From the human T2T-CHM13v2.0 reference genome, Homo sapiens, in the NCBI RefSeq assembly GCF_009914755.1, contig NC_060937.1: 64,000 bases of DNA; one strand, 5' to 3'. Below are positions 57,037 to 64,000 of this stretch, one piece after another. How positions within the stretch are numbered: the first letter of the stretch is position 1; each line of letters opens with the position of its first letter. A program made the position numbers and the translations under genes. Below the pieces are notes generated by a model. The model was not told where the DNA came from, did no database searches, and worked only from the letters and a program-made list of their open reading frames with translations.

Positions 57037-57347
57037 GTTTTATTTTAGTTTAGTTTTTCAAAACTTTTCGTAGAAATAGGGTCTTGCTATGTTGCCCAGA
57101 CAGGTGTTGAATTCTTGGCCTCAAGCAGTTTTCCCACTTCAGCCCCCAAAGCACTGGGATTACAGGTGTGAGCCACAATTCCTGGACTGTCCTAATAGGG
57201 TTTTATTTTAGTTTTTTTTTTTAACTTTTTGTAGAGACAGCATCTTGCCATGTTGCCTAGGCTGGTCTCAAATTCCTGACCTCAAGTGATCCTCCCACCT
57301 CAGCCTCCCAAAGCACTGGGATACAGGTGTGAGACACTGTGCCCAGT
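57037..57347 (-). mobile_element. Two tandem FLAM-type (Alu left-arm) monomers
   Basis: Each reads 'gtaga.a.ag..tcttg..atgttgcc...caaagcactggga.tacaggtgtgag.cac'; both preceded by 'tgtccta.tagggttttattttagttt'. Confidence 0.88.
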
Positions 57348-57453
57348 TTGTTCTAATAAGATATGAGTTCGCTCTGTGGCCCAGCCTGCAATATCACATA
57401 ACACAAACATATGTCTCCTAAGATAGAGTTTTAATTTACCAGTGACTAAGATG

Positions 57454-57871
57454 TGTCAAAGAAAAACAGAGATGGCCACTAGTTAAGGCAATACAGATTG
57501 ATTTTATTCAGTGCTATTGCAGTAGCAGAGAGCAGCTTCAGTAACACTGAGCTCAGCTCCAAATGCAGGAAAGATGGCAGGGAATTTATAGCCAAGGAGC
57601 AGAGTGAGGGGAACCCTGGGTGGGAAATTACTAACAGAAGCTATCAAGTCTAGGGAGACTCTTGTTCAAGGTATTGAGGATTAGACATTGAGGACGGGGG
57701 TGAGGAATTTGATCAGATAAATGTGGAGAGGGTCTCCCTAAACTGACTTAGCACGAATTTTGCTAGAACAGGGCTGCACAGGACCAGGACACAACCCAAG
57801 GATGAGGCCTAGTTGAAAACAGGCCTCAGAGGAGCCTGTCTAAAGTTGGGTCAAGGAGAGAGGCTTTGTCA
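57454..57871 (-). mobile_element. MER31 ERV1 solo LTR
   Basis: Minus strand starts TGACAAAGCCTCTCTCCTTGACCCAACTTTAGACAGGCTCCTCTGAG; flanks GATG / GGTG. Confidence 0.8.
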
Positions 57872-58125
57872 GGTGGCAGATAAGTACCACACCACAGGCC
57901 TGCTCTTACCAATTGGTTGTGGTTGCCTGGGAACTCTTTGGAAGAATGTTGGCTTTTTATCTGGGTTTGGAGTCTATTAGAAATGCCAGCCCTGGTACAG
58001 CTGAGAGGGTGCAGCTTACACACCCCATGTGTACTGAATTGGGTCAGTGGGTGGACTTTTGCTTCTGAAGAACATGAAATCCCTTCATTCTGAGAGTTTC
58101 TGCTACTCGAAAATTAGTTCTTATC

Positions 58126-58809
<684 letters not shown>

Positions 58810-59639
58810 CCACAGGGCTTTCCCCATCTCACCTCCTCTCTTTGAGGGTGCTGTTGGCTATCAGCCCAAGGGCATCCTCATCTCAACATAAAATACAACA
58901 ATCCCAACCCAGTAATTTCCAGATGAGAGAGAACAACTGTGTGTGGGTACAGGTGTTGGATGGAGAGAGTGATTGGCAAGAGCTGACATTTACCAACGGA
59001 TAGCCCACCCCCTTTACTGAACGGAATCAATGGATGAGGCAGGAGTGGCTGGAAATCTCTTAGGAGTTAAGAGGGGTGCATGCACCAATTCCTATTCAAA
59101 TGCATTTGACAAGTGAGATCAATATTTAAAAATTAGGAAATAAATTTAATATGTTCCAGTTTGAAACAAATTATTTTGGTTACCTGTTCCTCAGAGGCAG
59201 TCAGGCAGCCCTATTGTCTTGCAGAACTGGGCTGGTTCTTGCCAGAACATTAGTTTTCTTGAAAAGGAGATGGCCTTAGAGCTTAACTCAGTGACTGCTC
59301 AAATGGGAATTTTCCTAACTTCCTTCTCCCATGTGCCCCCTGGGCCTTTTATATGCAAATTGTCAGTTATTAGTCACATAAATAATGGCGAGACACGGTC
59401 AAGCTGTCCAGTCAATCCCCCTGCCACATTTGTGGATATTTTAAACTCATTTTGTTAAAACTTGCTACCTTTTCTATCTTAAGGTAAATATTGAACTTCT
59501 CGATTTTAGGTAAAAATGTTTGAATTGTTCCCATTATGTTTCATTATTAAATATTAACATTCTTGTCCTAGAGCAATTGGTAACATTGATTTAATAACTA
59601 GATTTGAGTATTGGATTTCACTTCATAAACTAAAGGTTT

Positions 59640-59870
59640 ATTCATCCATCAAATGAATCTTTATTATGAACCCACCATGTTCCAGGTGTAGGGATTTAAT
59701 GAGGGGAAAATAGTCCCCTTGCTCACAAAGAATATGATGACAGCCAGTGACAAATGCTGGAAAGAAAAGTTGAACAAGGTAAGGGGAAGAGAAGGGCAGA
59801 GGAGGTGACATTTGAACAGAGACCTGACTGACGTGACAGGTCTGAATGAAGAGCCCATGCAGAGAGAAGC
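59640..59870 (+). mobile_element. L2 fragment
   Basis: 'ttcatccatcaaat...gaacccaccatgttccagg...gaggaggtgacatttgaacagagacctga'. Confidence 0.7.
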
Positions 59871-60019
59871 CACTTTCTTTGTTTTTCTCTCCTTGCTTTA
59901 GGGTAGATATTACCTACTTTACATTTTAACAGATGTTTTCTTAATTTATCCAGCATTTTGGGGTATTTTGTATTGTGAGGTCTTTAAGCAGTCCATAATA
60001 TGACTAGAACAGGAATTCT

Positions 60020-60210
60020 ATCTTATTTAATCTTAACAACAGCACATTGGAGTATATATTTTATCCCCATTTTATAGATGAGGAAGCTGAGGCTTGGAAA
60101 TTTTAAGCAGAAGCTTGCCTAAGATCAGCTAGCCAAGGGAGGAAAGTGGATCTAAACCCAGATCTGACAGACTCAGAAGAGAGCACTCTCTTTATGAAAC
60201 TGCACTGCCT
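60020..60210 (-). mobile_element. MIR
   Basis: 'ttatccccattttatagatgaggaagctgaggctt...cttgcctaagatca'. Confidence 0.8.
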
Positions 60211-60879
60211 CTTCTGCATACCCACTAAGTTGAGCCTTTTCACCAAGACATCTTCATGGAATCTTAGGGGAATCTATTCTGCCTTGCACAATATCAAGAT
60301 CCAGGAGTGGAGAAGGGTATAGTCTTAGCAAAATGAAGAGCAAAGCCCCAGGGAGTTTTCCTTCTTTGATTTCCCCCTCTGAATAAAAACACTGTTGCAC
60401 ACTTGGAATAAGAAAATCAACTAACCCAACTGTAAACATGAAAACTTCACTCTAGATCTCCGTTGCACTGGACACTTACGTGCATTAAATTTACATAAGG
60501 AGTTGATGTTATAAAAAGTTTATAATTTTTAGTACATTGAGAAATAAGTCTAGCTAAACTGGCATTCTCTAAGGGATATAACTTACCTGCCCTCCCTCCT
60601 CTGGACCCCGGAATCTTGACTGCAATGGCGGAGTTGAGTCTACTCGGCCTAGATATGGATCCATAAACACATGTTTGTTGTAGGGATTGGCTGGATAGAT
60701 GTGTGGAGAGAGTAACATCTTTGTGGATTTCATAAAGACAACCCAAGGACTCACTGAGGGTGAATCAGTCACACTATGGAATGAGAACCATATAGAGTTT
60801 ACTCTGCTGTTAACCTATGTGTAGTGATGCTGAACCAAGTACAAATGATTTGCAGTAGAGCCACGGGGCGGCACCAAGG

Positions 60880-61040
60880 GGCACAATAAACTGGACTGGA
60901 GCCGAGGGACCTGGATTGGAATTTGACCTTCTCCTCTTCCTAGCTCTGTGACCCTGAGCACATCTCTCAAGTGCTCATAACCTCCAATTCCTGTCTACAA
61001 TGGGGGTAATGTAGATCGCCTAGGAGAGAATTGTGGAAAA
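60880..61040 (+). mobile_element. MIR
   Basis: 'ctagctctgtgaccctgagca...ctgtctacaatgggggtaat'. Confidence 0.6.
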
Positions 61041-61431
61041 CCTGGACTGGTGTGCTGCCTCCCTCCTCCTAAAAATTGTGTGCGTCAGGCTCTCTCTTCC
61101 TAACAAACTCTCATGTCATTGTGTCTATAAAAAGGCTGTGCTCCAAGTGTAGAATATTTCCATTGAAACAGGAAATGTTTCATTTAATGGATATTCATAA
61201 AAGGAATATTTTATTTAATGAACAGTTTCAACATAGAATCAAATATGAATTTTTTTTCCCCAGTGATCACTACTGTTTTCTGTCAAACACCTTCTCCACT
61301 GATAATGCTGCCTTAAGGGCATCTCTTCCCCATCGAAAAGATTTGATGACTTTTCAGCATCTCTTGGTTGGTAAAACAGATTCGTTCTAGTTTTCATGAT
61401 TTAGTTCTGTTGAAATTGCATTCTCATGTTT

Positions 61432-61588
61432 TCAGGGGTGACTTAATGGGCCTGCAACTCGTGCATTCACTCAGGGCCCTGTGCTTGGCCCTTCACCTGT
61501 CGTTGTCTTGCAATTCTTAACAATTTTAAGCAAGGGGACCAGTGTTTACATTTTGCGCTGGGCCCCTGAAGTTATGTTGTGAGTCATG
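61432..61588. mobile_element. MER91A (hAT-Tip100)
   Basis: 'cagggccctgtgcttgg...gtcttgcaattcttaacaatttt...caagggg...cattttgcgctgggcccc'. Confidence 0.75.
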
Positions 61589-61672
61589 CATATTTCATTC
61601 AAAGCTCTTCTCCTATCTGTAGTGTGTAGTGCACTTGGGACTCTGAGGGTCTTGGGACAGGGGTGGGGCCAC

Positions 61673-62029
61673 TGTAGTAGTCTGTTCTTATGCTGCTAGC
61701 AAAGACACACCCAAGACTGGGTAATTTATAAAGGAAAGAGGTTTAATGGACTCACAGTTCCACATGGCTGGGGAAGCCTCACAATCATGGTGGAAGGCAA
61801 ATGAAGAGCTAAGTCACGTCTTACATGGTAGCAGGCAAGAGGACATGTGCAGGGGAACTCCCCTTTATAAAACCATCAGATCTCATGAGACTTACCCACT
61901 ATCACAAGAACAGCATGGGAAAAACCCATTCCCATTCAGTTACCTCCCACCAGGTCCCTCCTACGACACGTGGGCATTATTACAATTCAAGGTGAGATTT
62001 GGGTGGAGACACAGAGTCAAACCATATCA
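61673..62029 (-). mobile_element. THE1B/C solo LTR
   Basis: Complete LTR; 5-bp TSD GCCAC at 61668-61672 and 62030-62034. Confidence 0.92.
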
Positions 62030-62975
62030 GCCACTGGGTGTCCTCTTTCACCCTCTTCCCTCTCTCCCCATTCTTTGCCTTTACTCCTTTGGGTTGGAGC
62101 ACAGAAGAGAGTGTGAAAGACATAGGCATAGCCCCCTCTGTGTTGATAATTAAACTAAACTGCCTCTGCCTTCTTGGTATGGGGTTGAAAGTGGCCCCTC
62201 AGACCCTGCTGGTGAGGTTGGCACAGTCCCAAGCTGTTCCAAAGGCTCACTCACCTTCTGGCTCCCTCAGCCCTTGCCTGGCTCTCTCCTGCCACATATC
62301 TCCAATGTGTGTGCTATGGGAACTCGTGGAGTCTGATTACTAGAGTGAACCTTCTCTGAACTAGACCCTGCAGAGTTCCATGCCTTTCTTCTTAATAAGC
62401 AGGCTCTCATCTGGAGTCCTTGCACTGGTTGGGAGCCCACAATCACAGGTGACATTGGTGAGTGACTTAGAGACCACATAGTGTGGAATTCTATCTTATC
62501 TATCAAGCCAGCTAATAGAGACTACAGATGAGTGCTCAGTGGTTTTCTTCTGCCCTCTCCTGCCTCCCTGCTTGTTGTCCCCTGCCTTTGGGGGATTAGC
62601 CCACAGGTGGACAAATGAACTCAGATCTCCTCAGAGGCAGCAGGAGCAGCCAAGCCGATGCTCATGGGCCTCATCTTTGTGTCACCAGTGCTCAAGGTTG
62701 TTGTGAGTTAAACTGGACTTATTTGCCTGAAAAGTTTTCATTGTTTTTAACTAAAAGAGAAAGTAACCCAAAATGCAAATTGTTTTAGAGCACTTTGTCT
62801 CCATTCATTCACATCACTTAGACAATGCAACTTTGGCCATCTATGAGAATGTTAAATATCACTGTGTTATAGGGATTTATACCAGGGATATTTATGTATC
62901 TGATACCAAGTCTCTCTCTTTAAATTGCTGGTGAAACATTACATTAAGATTAGCTAAAAAAACAGTCTTGTTCTG

Positions 62976-63610
62976 CTTTTACACTGTTGGTGGGAGTGTA
63001 AATTAGTTCACCCATTGTGGAAGACAGTGTGGCGATTCCTCAAAGATCTGGAACCAGAAATACCATTTGACCCAGCAATCCCATTACTGGGTATATACCC
63101 AAAGGATTATAAATCATTCTATTATAAAGACACATGCACACGTATGTTTATTGCAGCACTATTTATAACTGCAGAGACTTAAAACCAACCCACATGTCCA
63201 TCAATGATAGAGTGAATAAACAAAATGTAGCACATATACATCATAGAATACTATGTAGCCATAAAAAAGAATGAGTTCATGTCTTTGCTGGGACATGGAT
63301 GAAGCTGGAAACCATCATTCTCAGCAAACTAACCCAAGAACAGAAAACCAAACACCGCATGTTCTCACTCATAGGTGGGAGTTGAACAATGAGAACACAT
63401 GGACACAGGGAGGGGAACATCACACAACAGGGCCTGTCAGGGGTTGCGGGGCAAGGGGAGGGAGAGCATTAGGACAAATACCTAATGCATGAGGGGCTTA
63501 AAACCTAGATGATGGGTTGATGGGTGCAGCAAACCACCACAGCACATGCGTAACTCTAACACACCTGCATGTTCTGCACATGTATCCCAGAACTTAAAGT
63601 TAAAAAAAAA
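62976..63610 (+). mobile_element. 5'-truncated L1PA8-like element
   Basis: ORF2 end and 3' UTR with 'gagagcattaggacaaatacctaatgcatg...ggggcttaaaacctagatga'; TSD ending TCTTGTTCTG on both sides. Confidence 0.92.
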
Positions 63611-63940
63611 ATTCTTGTTCTGATTCAGAAGCTTGGTTTAGGCTTCTCTGATTCTTGGTTATCCTGGTCCTACTGATATTCCTCATGCAGCCCTCTCTTT
63701 CTGTCCCCTAGTGTCAAGGCTTGTGCTGAGGCCCTTGCCATTATTTGAAGAAAAGCCTATGACTTTTTAAGCACAGTTAGGCAAAGTTCACATAAAGCAT
63801 TATCTTTTATTTTTTAATCCATGAAGTTTACTATCCATGCTTGCATGAAATAGACCATCAAGGATACTGTATGTTTTCAAATAAGTAGCCAGTTTCCAGT
63901 CTCTAAGAAAAAGTGCTAATTGGTATTCAGTGTGCTAAGG

Positions 63941-64000
63941 CAGCAGACCCCAATGTTTTTGACACCAGGGACCGGTTTCATAGAAGACAATTTTTCCATG
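63941..64000. mobile_element. MER1 (hAT-Charlie) end, truncated by the window end
   Basis: 'ccccaa...tttttgacaccagggaccggtttcatagaagacaatttttcca'. Confidence 0.85.

Overview
Anthropoid primate (human-like) genomic DNA. It is AT-rich, CpG-depleted and dominated by interspersed repeats: AluJ/AluS/FAM/FLAM, L1PA7-8/L1PB/L1M, L2, L3, MIR, MaLR (THE1, MST, MLT1), ERV1/ERVL solo LTRs and hAT/Tc-Mar fossils. I see no intact protein-coding gene, RNA gene or CpG island. Most listed ORFs come from Alus, microsatellites, L1 or MaLR. The only gene-derived sequence I recognise is a minus-strand pseudogene fragment of the USP34 C-terminus and 3' UTR (~15.6/16.0-16.9 kb). The most unusual features are local copy and fold-back scars: a 53-bp inverted repeat around an AT-rich spacer, a ~220-bp direct duplication, a templated insertion inside a MER5A copied from 3 kb away, a TSD-bounded tandem FLAM duplication, and a perfect hairpin inside an Alu. 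I cannot support a new biological system from this sequence alone. Repeat subfamily names come from recall of consensus sequences, not a database search, and boundaries of old repeats are approximate.
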